This document shows positions 48,532-57,996 of a DNA stretch of 62,261 nucleotides, piece by piece. Source of the DNA: Candidatus Limnocylindria bacterium (GTDB taxonomy: Bacteria; Eisenbacteria; RBG-16-71-46); contig DASQFU010000032.1 in assembly GCA_035632955.1 (NCBI GenBank), positions 1-62,261 on the forward strand. The letters are read 5' to 3'. The position numbers were made by a program, and so were the translations under genes. The notes under the pieces are model-generated. The model was not told where the DNA came from and did not search any database. It saw only the letters and a list, made by a program, of their open reading frames with translations. How positions within the stretch are numbered: the stretch's first letter is position 1; each line of letters starts with the position of its first letter.

Positions 48532-49092
48532 CTAGAGACCGGCGTCGAGCACCAGCACCAGGAAGCCGTCGTCCACTCGCACGTTGTAGGTGCCGCCAGG
48601 GGTGCCGACGGTGTAGATGGTGAACCTGCCGTCACCCTCGGCTTCGTCGAGCACGATTTGCTTTCCCGCCGCATCGAGCAGCGCCGCCGAATCGTCCCAG
48701 GACAACGTCACTGTCTCGGTGGCGGAACCCGCCGCACCGATCGACGCCGGCCCCCAGAGCTTGGTGGCGTTGTTGATGACCGCCTGGGCGTTCGCATGGT
48801 TGGTCGTGCCGGCGTCGATGTAGACCGTCACCGTGCCCGCCGGACCCAGGGTATTCGTGAACGTTCCGAGTACCGCAAAGTCGCTCAGTCCTTTCAGCTT
48901 GTCCTTGTTGTCCGCGTAATCGGAGATTCTGTTGAGGTCGACCGTGACCCTTTCCATGTTGTCGGTCGCGTCGATCGTAAACGGATTGGGGAGGTCAAAA
49001 CTCGCGAGAATCTGCGCGGACGTGAGCACGCATCCCGTCGAGGTCAGCGCCGCCAGCGCCAAGCCCGAAAAGATCCAACGAGCCGTCTTCAT
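48532..49092 (-). CDS. Hypothetical lipoprotein
   Basis: RBS GAGGAGG; MKTARWIFSGLALAALTSTGC lipobox; beta-rich. Confidence 0.8.
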   Translation of the reverse strand: MKTARWIFSGLALAALTSTGCVLTSAQILASFDLPNPFTIDATDNMERVTVDLNRISDYADNKDKLKGLSDFAVLGTFTNTLGPAGTVTVYIDAGTTNHANAQAVINNATKLWGPASIGAAGSATETVTLSWDDSAALLDAAGKQIVLDEAEGDGRFTIYTVGTPGGTYNVRVDDGFLVLVLDAGL

Positions 49093-49103
49093 GCGCGCCC
49101 TCC

Positions 49104-49646
49104 TCAAGGCATGCTCACGAGGCTGTACGACGCCCCGAGCGTGATGTTCGCGAACTTCTGGGACGTCTCGTCGGTGGTCACCATGTTGAACTCGCCGCGC
49201 GCGTTGACGCCGATCTTGGGGATCGGCGAGAAGCCGATGCCGAGCCCGAAGTTGTAGCCGATGTCGGTGATGTCTTCGGAGCCGTCGCGCTCGATCTTGT
49301 ACGAGCCGATCCCGGCGAACGGGAAGAACTGGACTCCGGTGCCGAACGTGAACAGCACGTTGGCGCCGAATCCGGTGTTCTTGCCTCCGTCCCGCTCGAA
49401 CGTCGTCGGGCCGAACGTCTCCTCGACGTTGCCGAGCGACGAGGTGGCAAAGAACGGCTCGACCGTGAGCAGCGGCACGAGGTTCACGGGAACACGGACA
49501 CCGAACTGGGATCCGTTCGACGAGAGGTCGTTGACGATCGGGATGCTGGCTCCACCGAACGCCCCGATGCCGATGCTGGCAGCGGTCGCCGTGGTGCTAC
49601 CAAGGGCGAGCGCGACCAACACCGTCGCGAACATCTTCTTCATCAT
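49104..49646 (-). CDS. Outer-membrane beta-barrel protein (OmpA-like/porin-family 8-stranded)
   Basis: Signal peptide; alternating amphipathic strands; FFPFAGIG, GYNFGLGIG, ITLGASY. Confidence 0.82.
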   Translation of the reverse strand: MMKKMFATVLVALALGSTTATAASIGIGAFGGASIPIVNDLSSNGSQFGVRVPVNLVPLLTVEPFFATSSLGNVEETFGPTTFERDGGKNTGFGANVLFTFGTGVQFFPFAGIGSYKIERDGSEDITDIGYNFGLGIGFSPIPKIGVNARGEFNMVTTDETSQKFANITLGASYSLVSMP

Positions 49647-49841
49647 GCGACCTCCTTATAGGCGGGGGATTGAGTCGACGCGCCGAATGGCGATGTGGCT
49701 GAACCCCGCGAGCGGCAGCAGTCTAGCAGCCGACCGCTTCGCGTCAAGCAAACGCAGACGACCGCGGGGTGTCCTCGGCGATGCGCGCTGCGTCACGCAT
49801 CGCGGCTCTCGCGATGCGGGGTTCGCGTGCGCCGCGTGCGC

Positions 49842-50528
49842 TCATTGCACGACGCGTACGGCGATCACGTTCGCGTTGCAGCATCGCGTCAGCAGCTCCG
49901 CGATGTGCTCGAGCCCGACGGACAGGTGCCCGCCCGCGCGGTCGGGCGGGCAGAAGATGACGACGAGCAGATTGCGCGTCTTGGCGGTCACCGCGGTGCG
50001 CTGGGAGTCCGAGGTCGGAGCGCCGAACGGCCCGCCGTCGTCGGCCAGCACCAGACGTCCGGCGAGATTCACCCACTGCTTGCGGATGCCGGCGTAACCT
50101 TCGGTTTCGCGACCGACGCGGACCCGGACCGTGCCCTTGACGAGATCGCGGTCGTAGAGACCGAGCGGGAGCTGGTGCTCCAACGAGCACAGGTTACAGA
50201 CGTCGACCGCCGCGTTCACATGCGGCAGACCCTTGCCCTGCAGCACGCGGCGCAGCAGGGCTTCACTGCTCGGTCGCGTCTTGGTCGGATCGATGTCCAA
50301 CTGGTGGAACATCGCCCGGGTCTCGGCGACTCCCGGGATGTCCGCGGGCTGTTTGCCGGCATAGTGCGCGGCAAGGCGAGCAGTGAGGCGGTCGCGCTCC
50401 TCCTCGAACTCCGCCGGCAGGCGCCCGAGCTGAACGCCTTCCGCCTCGAGCAAGCCGAGCGCGACCACGCCACGCAAGCCATCGTCCACGGTGAGATGGA
50501 GGCTCTGACTGCGGGCCTGGAGGGACAT
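49842..50528 (-). CDS. Stand-alone B3/B4 domain protein (PheT-type tRNA editing fold)
   Basis: RBS GGAGG; IDPTKTRPSSEALLRR, NAAVDVCN..SL...PLGLYD, LVLADDGGPFG. Confidence 0.9.
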   Translation of the reverse strand: MSLQARSQSLHLTVDDGLRGVVALGLLEAEGVQLGRLPAEFEEERDRLTARLAAHYAGKQPADIPGVAETRAMFHQLDIDPTKTRPSSEALLRRVLQGKGLPHVNAAVDVCNLCSLEHQLPLGLYDRDLVKGTVRVRVGRETEGYAGIRKQWVNLAGRLVLADDGGPFGAPTSDSQRTAVTAKTRNLLVVIFCPPDRAGGHLSVGLEHIAELLTRCCNANVIAVRVVQ

Positions 50529-50801
50529 TCGTGTTCCTCCGGCTGAACCCGGCGCGTGCGACGTGCGCCGAGCGCCTTCGCCGATGTCGTGGCGAAGACG
50601 CGGAAAAAGAAGCGGGCGGCGGGAACTCCCTTTCCGACCCAACACACAAGACGGCGCAAAGGCCGACCGTACGCTGCGGCCAACATCATGTCATCGCCGC
50701 CCGCCTGCTCATCATCGTTGGTTGCGGGCGTCGGGGTGGGAGCCGATCTAGAAACGCAGGCGCTCACCCCTTCGTTGCGGCGACCGTAAATCGTCCGCGC
50801 G

Positions 50802-50830
50802 AACATAGCGTGACGCGCGCTCGCGCCCAA
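50802..50830 (-). promoter_or_regulatory. Candidate sigma70 promoter of the B3/B4 gene leader
   Basis: Minus strand TTGGGC (50830-50825), 17 nt spacer, TATGTT (50807-50802). Confidence 0.45.
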
Positions 50831-50961
50831 GAGGATTTCGCGCGGGGTCCTATGCGCTGTGTTTCACGACGAGACGAATCCGCTTGACTTCGCTTTCACG
50901 CGCAATCGATCGGGCTTGCAGCAAGGATGCACATCGACGGCCACGCGTCGATGCGCTGTGT

Positions 50962-53676
50962 TCATGCGCTCGGGAGCGATTCTTCGCGATCCGCAGGCGG
51001 CAGCTTGCGCTCGATCGACACGACGCGATAGCGGCGGGGCGCGCCTTCGTGATCGAGCTCCACCGTGTCGCCGATCGACTTGCCCATCAGCGCACGGCCG
51101 ACCGGAGCCTGGAACGACACGACGTGGTCGCCGTGGTGCTGCTCGCCTTCGCCGAGGATCCAATAGGTGGTCAGCGCATCGTCGCTTTCGAGCACCACCT
51201 CCGTGCCAAGCCCGACCACCCCTTCCTCGAGCTCCGCATCTTCGACGAACCGCGCGCGACCCAGGCGGAGCTGCAGCGAAGCAACCTGCTTGCTCACGTT
51301 CGCCTGCTTCAGCTTCGCGGAATGGTACTCCGCGTTCTCCTTCAGATCGCCGAGCTCACGGGCCTTCTGAATCGTGGCCGGGATCGTGGTCCGCAGCTCG
51401 CGCTGCAGCCGTTCGAGCTCGCTCTTGAGCCGCTTCCACGTGGCGCGGGTCATCACCGGGATGTCGATGTCCCCTTGCTGGCCAACCTGGGAGAACAGCT
51501 TCGCGGTCCGCTGCTCCCTCGCTCCGTGCACGGTGTCGACCGCTTCCCCGAGGCCGAAACGGCGAGCGGCATCGAGGGCCGGGAATAGATAGCGGTCGCT
51601 CGAGCGCCACTGGCGGAGGAGAACCGTGAATTTGAGCACCAGCCTCTCCGGGCACGGCACGTTCGCCAGGTGGCGGTCGAACGCCCCCTGAGGCTCGAGC
51701 CAGGCGAGCACCTTCTCGGCCACCGAGGGCTTGGGACGATCCTCGATCACCGCGAGCGCCGCCCACAGCAACCGCCAGCCGTTGGGATGCGGCGGCGGCA
51801 TCGCCAGCTCGCGCTCCAGCATGCGTATCGCGGCCGCCGGATAGCGCGCCGCGTGTTCGACCAGCGTGCGCCGCATATCGTCGCGACCGGATTCGTCCAG
51901 AGCCTCGCGGTAGCGCTCGGCCGCTTCGCGCACCGAGGAGAATCGCGAGTCGAGCGCGGAGAGCAGGGCGTCGGCCTCGACACCGGCCGCGTGTGAAGCG
52001 TCGAGCAGATCGCGCTGCTCGCGCTCGCCGGAAAGGTCGGAGATCGCGAGCCCTCGCTCCCACAGCTCGCGCAACGCCGATCGCCATTCCTCCATGCGGG
52101 CCGGAAACCAGCGCGAGAAGTAGAGACCGGCCCGGGCGCGATCCGCCAGCACTCCCTCCTCGTCGAGCAGCGCCCGTTCGACGAACTTCCCGAAGCGCTG
52201 CTCCACCGTCGCTTCGGCGGTCGGATGCTGAGTGAGGAACTTGCGCAGCGTCGCGAGATTGGTGCGCACCGGCTTGCCCGGCGCGAGCGGCGGCAGCGGT
52301 AGCGGCGGCTCCACGGATCCCTGCGCGCGCTCCGGCGCCAGCCGGTAGTGCTGCTCGAAAGCCCGCGCGCTGTCCACTCGCGCGTCCTGCTCGGCCGCCG
52401 CACGCACCCGGCGGTAGAAGGCCGTCCACTCCCCGCTCGGAACCAGATTGGCCCCGACCAGGAACACCTTCAGCTTCTGCGCGTCGGCGGCGCCGCCGAG
52501 CGCGCGCAGCGCGCGCACCAGCATTTCGCCCGGCGCCTCGGCGCGCAGGCGTTGGAGCTCGCCGGGATCGGTCAGATGGAGCAACCGGAGATCGTCCTCT
52601 GCGATGGGCGTGAGGCTCCGGCGCGCGGCTGGGTACGGCATGCGATGGCCTCGCGAGCGCGCGAAGTCGATCACCACCACCTCGCCGTCGTCGGAGACGA
52701 CGCGGCCCGGCCCGAACGACCCGTGCAACACGGCGCGGCCGGGCGGCAGCGCGGCGATCTGATCGAAGCGCTCGAGCGCCGGCAGCAAAGGCTTGAGCGG
52801 GTCCGAGAGTCCGGAGGCGGCCAGCACGGCCTTGGCGTCCGGGAGTGCCTGGCCGGGGCCCGCGGCGAGCGCGATCAGCAGCGGCGCCCGGAACGGCTCG
52901 CCGCCGGCTGCGCCCAGGGCCAGGATCGCGCGCGTGGCGACGGCGCGCAGCGCGGCATACCCGTCCCCGGCCCGTCCCCGCTCCGCGATCACCGGCAGCG
53001 CGATCGCGATCAACTGCTGGGATTCGGTGAACGCCTCGTGTTCGGCGAGCCTCGGGAGCGTGTCGATCAGATTCACCAGCGCTTCGGCGTCGCCGTGCTC
53101 GGCGAACTCGAGCGCCGCCTCCTCGAGACCGGCGTAGCGCCGCTCTTCCGCAAAGCGCGGCAGCAGCTCGGCCAGCAACTCGCGACGATGCTCGCCCTGA
53201 CCCGCTTCGTCGAGGCGCACGGCGAGCAGCAGACCGAGCTCGAGGTCGTCGGGCATCAACGCCCAGGCGCGCTCCAGCGCTTCGATGCGCTCGGGGTCGC
53301 GGCCGAGCCCTTCGTGGGCGCGGACCAGCAGGTGCGCGGCGGCGTGCGTCTCGTTCAACGCCAACGCGGTCTCGGCGACCGCCGCGAGCGGCTCCCACGC
53401 CGCGGCCGCGACCAGGCGCTCGCCGAGTGCCAGGAGCGTCTGATGCGCGCGCTCGAGCTCGCCGTTGAGCGCGCACGCGGCCGCCAGCAGGTATTCGACG
53501 CTCGAGCTGGCGCCCGGCTGACGCAACCTCGCCGCGCATTCGTCACGCACGTACACGACCTGTCCCTCCGCGTGAGCACGATGGGCGAGATCGTCCAGGC
53601 GGTGGCGCGTCTCCGGATCGAGAGCGGTCGGCTCCTCGCCACGAAGGATCGGCGGCAGCTCGTCGCGTAAGGTCAT
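50962..53676 (-). CDS. greA: Long-form GreA/GreB-family elongation factor with a ~740-aa N-terminal extension
   Basis: C-terminal MTRATWKRLKSELERL...ARELGDLKENAEYHSAK...VGLGTEV...SFQAPVGRALMGK; N-terminal helical repeats and an HGSFGPGRV..IDF segment. Confidence 0.88.
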   Translation of the reverse strand: MTLRDELPPILRGEEPTALDPETRHRLDDLAHRAHAEGQVVYVRDECAARLRQPGASSSVEYLLAAACALNGELERAHQTLLALGERLVAAAAWEPLAAVAETALALNETHAAAHLLVRAHEGLGRDPERIEALERAWALMPDDLELGLLLAVRLDEAGQGEHRRELLAELLPRFAEERRYAGLEEAALEFAEHGDAEALVNLIDTLPRLAEHEAFTESQQLIAIALPVIAERGRAGDGYAALRAVATRAILALGAAGGEPFRAPLLIALAAGPGQALPDAKAVLAASGLSDPLKPLLPALERFDQIAALPPGRAVLHGSFGPGRVVSDDGEVVVIDFARSRGHRMPYPAARRSLTPIAEDDLRLLHLTDPGELQRLRAEAPGEMLVRALRALGGAADAQKLKVFLVGANLVPSGEWTAFYRRVRAAAEQDARVDSARAFEQHYRLAPERAQGSVEPPLPLPPLAPGKPVRTNLATLRKFLTQHPTAEATVEQRFGKFVERALLDEEGVLADRARAGLYFSRWFPARMEEWRSALRELWERGLAISDLSGEREQRDLLDASHAAGVEADALLSALDSRFSSVREAAERYREALDESGRDDMRRTLVEHAARYPAAAIRMLERELAMPPPHPNGWRLLWAALAVIEDRPKPSVAEKVLAWLEPQGAFDRHLANVPCPERLVLKFTVLLRQWRSSDRYLFPALDAARRFGLGEAVDTVHGAREQRTAKLFSQVGQQGDIDIPVMTRATWKRLKSELERLQRELRTTIPATIQKARELGDLKENAEYHSAKLKQANVSKQVASLQLRLGRARFVEDAELEEGVVGLGTEVVLESDDALTTYWILGEGEQHHGDHVVSFQAPVGRALMGKSIGDTVELDHEGAPRRYRVVSIERKLPPADREESLPSA

Positions 53677-53796
53677 GCCTGCTCGGGCGCGGGTGGGGGC
53701 GATAGGGTCGGTCAAGGGGTCACGAATGATGTCGAAAACACCGCGGCGAGGCAAGCGCTTGTGCGCGTGCGTGCTCGGCCCCTAGACTGCCGGCTC

Positions 53797-54357
53797 GTGA
53801 AGATCTATACCCGCACCGGAGACGACGGAACCACGGCACTGCTGGGAGCCGGGCGGCTCTTGAAGTCGGACGTGCGCGTCGAAGCCTACGGGACGGTCGA
53901 CGAGCTGAACGCGGCGCTCGGCTCGGCCCGGGCACAGGACTCGGGCAGCTGGCTCGCCGAGCCGTTGAGCGCGATTCAATCGCAGCTCTTCATGGTCGGC
54001 GCCGAGCTGGCCGCGCGCTCGAGCGAGTTGCTCGCGAAGCTCGACCGTGTCGGCGAGCCGGAGATCGCGGCCCTCGAGCGTGAAATCGACCGGCTCGACG
54101 CCGAGCTGCCTCCTTTGAAGCAGTTCGTCCTGCCGGCGGGAACGCCGTTCGCGACCTCGCTGCATCAGGCGCGCACCGTGTGCCGCCGGGCGGAGCGTCG
54201 CGTGGTGGCGCTCGCCCAGAGCGAAACGGTCGCGCCGCACGTCATCCGCTACCTCAATCGGCTGGCCGACCTGTTGTTCGTCATGGCCCGCTGGAGCAAC
54301 CAACGCGCGGGCGCCGCCGAAGTGCCGTGGCGTCCCGAAAAACGTCCTGGGGCATGA
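53797..54357 (+). CDS. PduO-type cob(I)alamin adenosyltransferase
   Basis: KIYTRTGDDGTT, AYGTVDELNAALG, FVLPAG, ARTVCRRAERR, YLNRLADLLF. Confidence 0.95.
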   Translation: MKIYTRTGDDGTTALLGAGRLLKSDVRVEAYGTVDELNAALGSARAQDSGSWLAEPLSAIQSQLFMVGAELAARSSELLAKLDRVGEPEIAALEREIDRLDAELPPLKQFVLPAGTPFATSLHQARTVCRRAERRVVALAQSETVAPHVIRYLNRLADLLFVMARWSNQRAGAAEVPWRPEKRPGA

Positions 54358-54712
54358 CTCGGCCCGACGCGGTGACGGCTGGACATCCGAGGCCCTCATC
54401 CCCATAATGCGGGCACACGCCGTTCGAGGAGGATCGATGATCCGGATGCCGGCGGGAACAGACCCGGCAACCGCGCCCCTCGCGGGTGGCTCCCTGATCT
54501 GAGCGCCGCCCTCGCTGAAATCGCGAGCGCGAACTTCGCGGCGAAAGCAACCGACCGCCTCCTTCGAGACTTGCCGAGGAGACGCCGCCGCGTCCAGGAC
54601 CCTGACGGCGGCGATGCACCACAGCCGCTGCGAGGTTTGCCGAACCACCGCACCCCACTTGGTGCGATTCCCCTACCCGCGGGCCTGTTGCCTGGGCCGC
54701 GAAGGAAACCCG

Positions 54713-55909
54713 ATGAGACCACGCCGTCGCCGACCCCGCGGTCCGCGTCCCACCACTCCCGGCACTCCCGGCGAGACACCCGCCGCCGGCGCACCCACCC
54801 AGCTCGGGCCGCGGCCGGCAGGACGCCGGCGCCGGCGCCGTAGCGGCAACAACCGCCCGATCAACAGCTCTCCGGGCCCCTACGCCGGCGCCAACAGCGG
54901 CGGCCGCGAAGCAACGACGTCGCAACGGCCACCGAGCCCCGGTCCGCGGCGCGGCGGCCGGCGTGGGCGGAGCGGCCCGCGCGGCAATGGCCCAGGAGAG
55001 CGGCGTCGCGGGCTCGAGGTGCTGCGCGATCTCCAGCAGATCGGCGTCGCGCTCGATCCGACCGAGCGGCTGCTGCTCGAGCTTCCGCCCGGCAAGGCCG
55101 AGCCGCCCTACGGGGATCGCATCACCGGTCGTGCGATCGACCTGATCGCACCGATCGGCCGGGGCCAGCGATGCCTGATCGTGTCGCCCCCCAAGGCCGG
55201 CAAGACCCGCATCCTCCAGATCATCGCGGCCTCGGTCGCGTTCAACCACCCCGAGGTCGGGATCTACGCGCTGCTCGTGGACGAGCGCCCGGAGGAAGTG
55301 ACGGATTTCCGCCGCAACACTCCGGCCGAGGTGATCGCGGCCTCGAGCGACATGAGCGTGGACGAGCACATCGAGACCGCCGAGCACGCGATGGAGGTCG
55401 TGGCCAGCAAAGTGCTCGAAGGCAAAGACGTGGTGCTGCTGCTCGATTCGATCACGCGACTGGCTCGTGCCTACAACGCGGGCGCCGAGGGCAGCGGGCG
55501 CACGATGTCGGGAGGCCTCGATTCGGCGGCGATGCAAGCCCCGCGGCAGATCTTCGGCGCCGCACGCAAGATCGAGGACGCCGGCTCACTGACGATCGTC
55601 GGCACCGCGCTGGTCGACACTGGCTCGCGCATGGACCAGGTGATCTTCGAGGAGTTCAAGGGCACCGGCAACATGGAGCTGGTGCTGTCGCGCGAGCTCG
55701 CCGAGAAGCGCATCTACCCGGCGATCGACATCGCCAAGAGCGGTACGCGCAAGGAAGAGAAGCTCTATCCGCCCGAGATCGTCCCGCGGCTCCATTTGTT
55801 GCGCCGCGGACTGGCGGGACTCCATCCGGTCGAGGCGATGACCAAGCTGCTCGAGCTGCTCACCAAGCTGAAGAGCAACCAGGACATCTTCGACCTGCTC
55901 AAGTCGTGA
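54713..55909 (+). CDS. rho: Transcription termination factor Rho, short form lacking the OB-fold RNA-binding domain
   Basis: DLIAPIGRGQR, PPKAGKT, DERPEEVTD, LLDSITRLARAYN, SGGLD, IFEEFKGTGNME, YPAIDIAKSGTRKEE; about the first 100 aa are low-complexity R/G/P. Confidence 0.93.
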   Translation: MRPRRRRPRGPRPTTPGTPGETPAAGAPTQLGPRPAGRRRRRRSGNNRPINSSPGPYAGANSGGREATTSQRPPSPGPRRGGRRGRSGPRGNGPGERRRGLEVLRDLQQIGVALDPTERLLLELPPGKAEPPYGDRITGRAIDLIAPIGRGQRCLIVSPPKAGKTRILQIIAASVAFNHPEVGIYALLVDERPEEVTDFRRNTPAEVIAASSDMSVDEHIETAEHAMEVVASKVLEGKDVVLLLDSITRLARAYNAGAEGSGRTMSGGLDSAAMQAPRQIFGAARKIEDAGSLTIVGTALVDTGSRMDQVIFEEFKGTGNMELVLSRELAEKRIYPAIDIAKSGTRKEEKLYPPEIVPRLHLLRRGLAGLHPVEAMTKLLELLTKLKSNQDIFDLLKS

Positions 55910-55968
55910 GCTCGCGCCCGCGACGCCTGCATGGGCCGGCATGAGTTGAGCGGAGCGTCCCTACCGAG

Positions 55969-57843
55969 ATGAACGCCCTGGCCGCCACGGGTGCGGTGCG
56001 ATCTTCTGCATCTCGCCGAGACTTCCTGCTCGGGTTGGCCGGACTCGCGATCGCCGCGTCCGCCACGTGGTCCGCGTTCCGTCTCGCGCGCATTGCCATA
56101 TCCGATCCCGGTCTGCCGCTCTGGGACGAGGCCGCCCAGTGTCTGGCCAGTCTTCGCCTTGCGGATGCGATCCGCCACCTCGACGTGCTGACGTTTCTCG
56201 CCGTCATCAATCAGCAGGTGGTGTGGCCGTTCGTACAGCCCGTGCTTCTGATGCCGTTCTTCCTGGCACTCGGACCCGGCTACGACACGGGCTCGGTTGG
56301 CGGTGCCGTGCTGTTCGTGGCCGCGACCATTGCCCTGTTCGCCGCCGGGGCGGCGCTCCATTCCTCCCGCGGCGCCTGGGTGGGCGCTGCGAGCGCCGCG
56401 CTGCTCCTGGCCGCACCCTACCCTCATGTGTTCGGGACGCTCGGGCTGACCGAGATGTCGGGAGCGTTTCTGCTCGCGACCACGGTGGCGCTCCATGCGC
56501 GCGCCGCGCGTCATCGCGGATTCGATGTGGCGGCGGGCCTCACGACCGCGGCTCTGTTCCTGTGCAAGTACAACTACGGCCTGCTGTGGCTCGTGCCGCT
56601 CGTCTGGCACGAGTGGACGCGCCTGCCCGCCCCTTCGCGATCCGCCGCGACGTCGCAGGTGCGGGCATGGCTCGCAGCCGGGCGATGGATGCAGCCCATG
56701 CCGTTGCTCGTGGGGGCTGGCGGCCTGGCGATCGCCGCGATTCTCGTGACCGGTGGCGGAGTCCTCGATCTACTCGGGCATCGCGTTTCGGTTCACTCGC
56801 CAGGGAACCTGGCCTACGCGCTCTATCTGATCGTGATCGCGTGGGCCCTGTTGCCGGTTCGCCGGCGTCTGGCGGAATGGCGCGATCGCTGGGACCGGCT
56901 CTCGCCACATCACCGCGTGATGCTGGTCACGATCGCGTTCCCTCTCGCGCTGTGGTTCGTGATCCCCTATCCCAATCGCGTCAAAGAGTTCTTTGGCTTC
57001 ATCGTCAACCGCGCGGCCGGGCCATCGCCGTGGTCGCTCGAAGGACTGCTCTACTACCCGCGCGCCTTCGCCTCCGAATACTCGCCAAGTCCCTTCGTCG
57101 GCTGGTCGGTGCTGGCGCTCGCGTTCGTGCCGCCGCGCCCCGGGTATAGGGCGGCGACCCTCGTGTACCGCGCGCTTTGGGTGGGGCTGGTCGCGACCAC
57201 GCTCCACCGCTATCACGATCCGCGGTTTCTCTTCACCGTGGCGCCGCTCGTGTGGCTCAGCGCCGCGCGCGCAGCAAGCGAGCTGGTCGACATCGCGCTT
57301 CGGCCACTACCGTCACAGGCGCGCGCTCTGCTCTCGGGGGCCGTGCTGGTCGCGGTGCTGGCCTGGGTCGCGTGGGGTTCACCGGACGAGTCTCGGGTGC
57401 TCGCCGGGCATCGGGCCTATCGCACGTCCGACGTTTTGGCGCCGGTCATGGACCGTGTGCTCGACCTGGCCCACGAGAAAGACGCCGTGCTGCTCGGCTA
57501 CTCGAACCCACTGAGCCCCGGTCTGCTCGCATGGCATGCGAGACGACGTCGGCCGGAGCGGCCACATCCACGACTGCCGGAGCGGGCCCCGTGGCTCGCC
57601 GAAGGCGCGGACGAGAGCGCCATCCAAGCTCGCATCGCGGGACTGAGAGGTCCCGGGCGCTTGGTGATCGCGGCGATTCCGAAACCTGACTCGCCCGCGT
57701 ACTCCGACGCCTATCGGCGTGAAGTGTGGGCCGACAGCGTGACCGCAGAGCGCCTGGCCATCAGCCCCGGCGTACGTCACGAAGCCGACGAGGAGATCGG
57801 GGTCGCCCGGTTTCGGCTACGCGTTTTTGCCTTCGCGAACTGA
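55969..57843 (+). CDS. GT-C membrane glycosyltransferase (ArnT/PMT-like, GT39/83)
   Basis: PLWDEAAQ, LTEM, LFLCKYNYG, DPRFL; many TM helices and a soluble C-terminal domain. Confidence 0.78.
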   Translation: MNALAATGAVRSSASRRDFLLGLAGLAIAASATWSAFRLARIAISDPGLPLWDEAAQCLASLRLADAIRHLDVLTFLAVINQQVVWPFVQPVLLMPFFLALGPGYDTGSVGGAVLFVAATIALFAAGAALHSSRGAWVGAASAALLLAAPYPHVFGTLGLTEMSGAFLLATTVALHARAARHRGFDVAAGLTTAALFLCKYNYGLLWLVPLVWHEWTRLPAPSRSAATSQVRAWLAAGRWMQPMPLLVGAGGLAIAAILVTGGGVLDLLGHRVSVHSPGNLAYALYLIVIAWALLPVRRRLAEWRDRWDRLSPHHRVMLVTIAFPLALWFVIPYPNRVKEFFGFIVNRAAGPSPWSLEGLLYYPRAFASEYSPSPFVGWSVLALAFVPPRPGYRAATLVYRALWVGLVATTLHRYHDPRFLFTVAPLVWLSAARAASELVDIALRPLPSQARALLSGAVLVAVLAWVAWGSPDESRVLAGHRAYRTSDVLAPVMDRVLDLAHEKDAVLLGYSNPLSPGLLAWHARRRRPERPHPRLPERAPWLAEGADESAIQARIAGLRGPGRLVIAAIPKPDSPAYSDAYRREVWADSVTAERLAISPGVRHEADEEIGVARFRLRVFAFAN

Positions 57844-57996
57844 GCCGAGGTGACGAGCGCGTTCCGGGGTCAACGAAGACTCTGCCTGCGCACGACCGTC
57901 TTTGCCCGATCGCGGCGCCAGGCGGCCGCTTGATGCAAGGCCGTACGTGTAGGAGGATGCCGGCCACAGAGCGAGGTTGTTTTCTCTGAACCTTCC

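Noticed and set aside
50695-50708. GCCGCCCGCCTG resembling the 3-prime end of a ZTP riboswitch
   Set aside because: The 5-prime ZTP elements are absent, and the orientation is opposite to the downstream gene.
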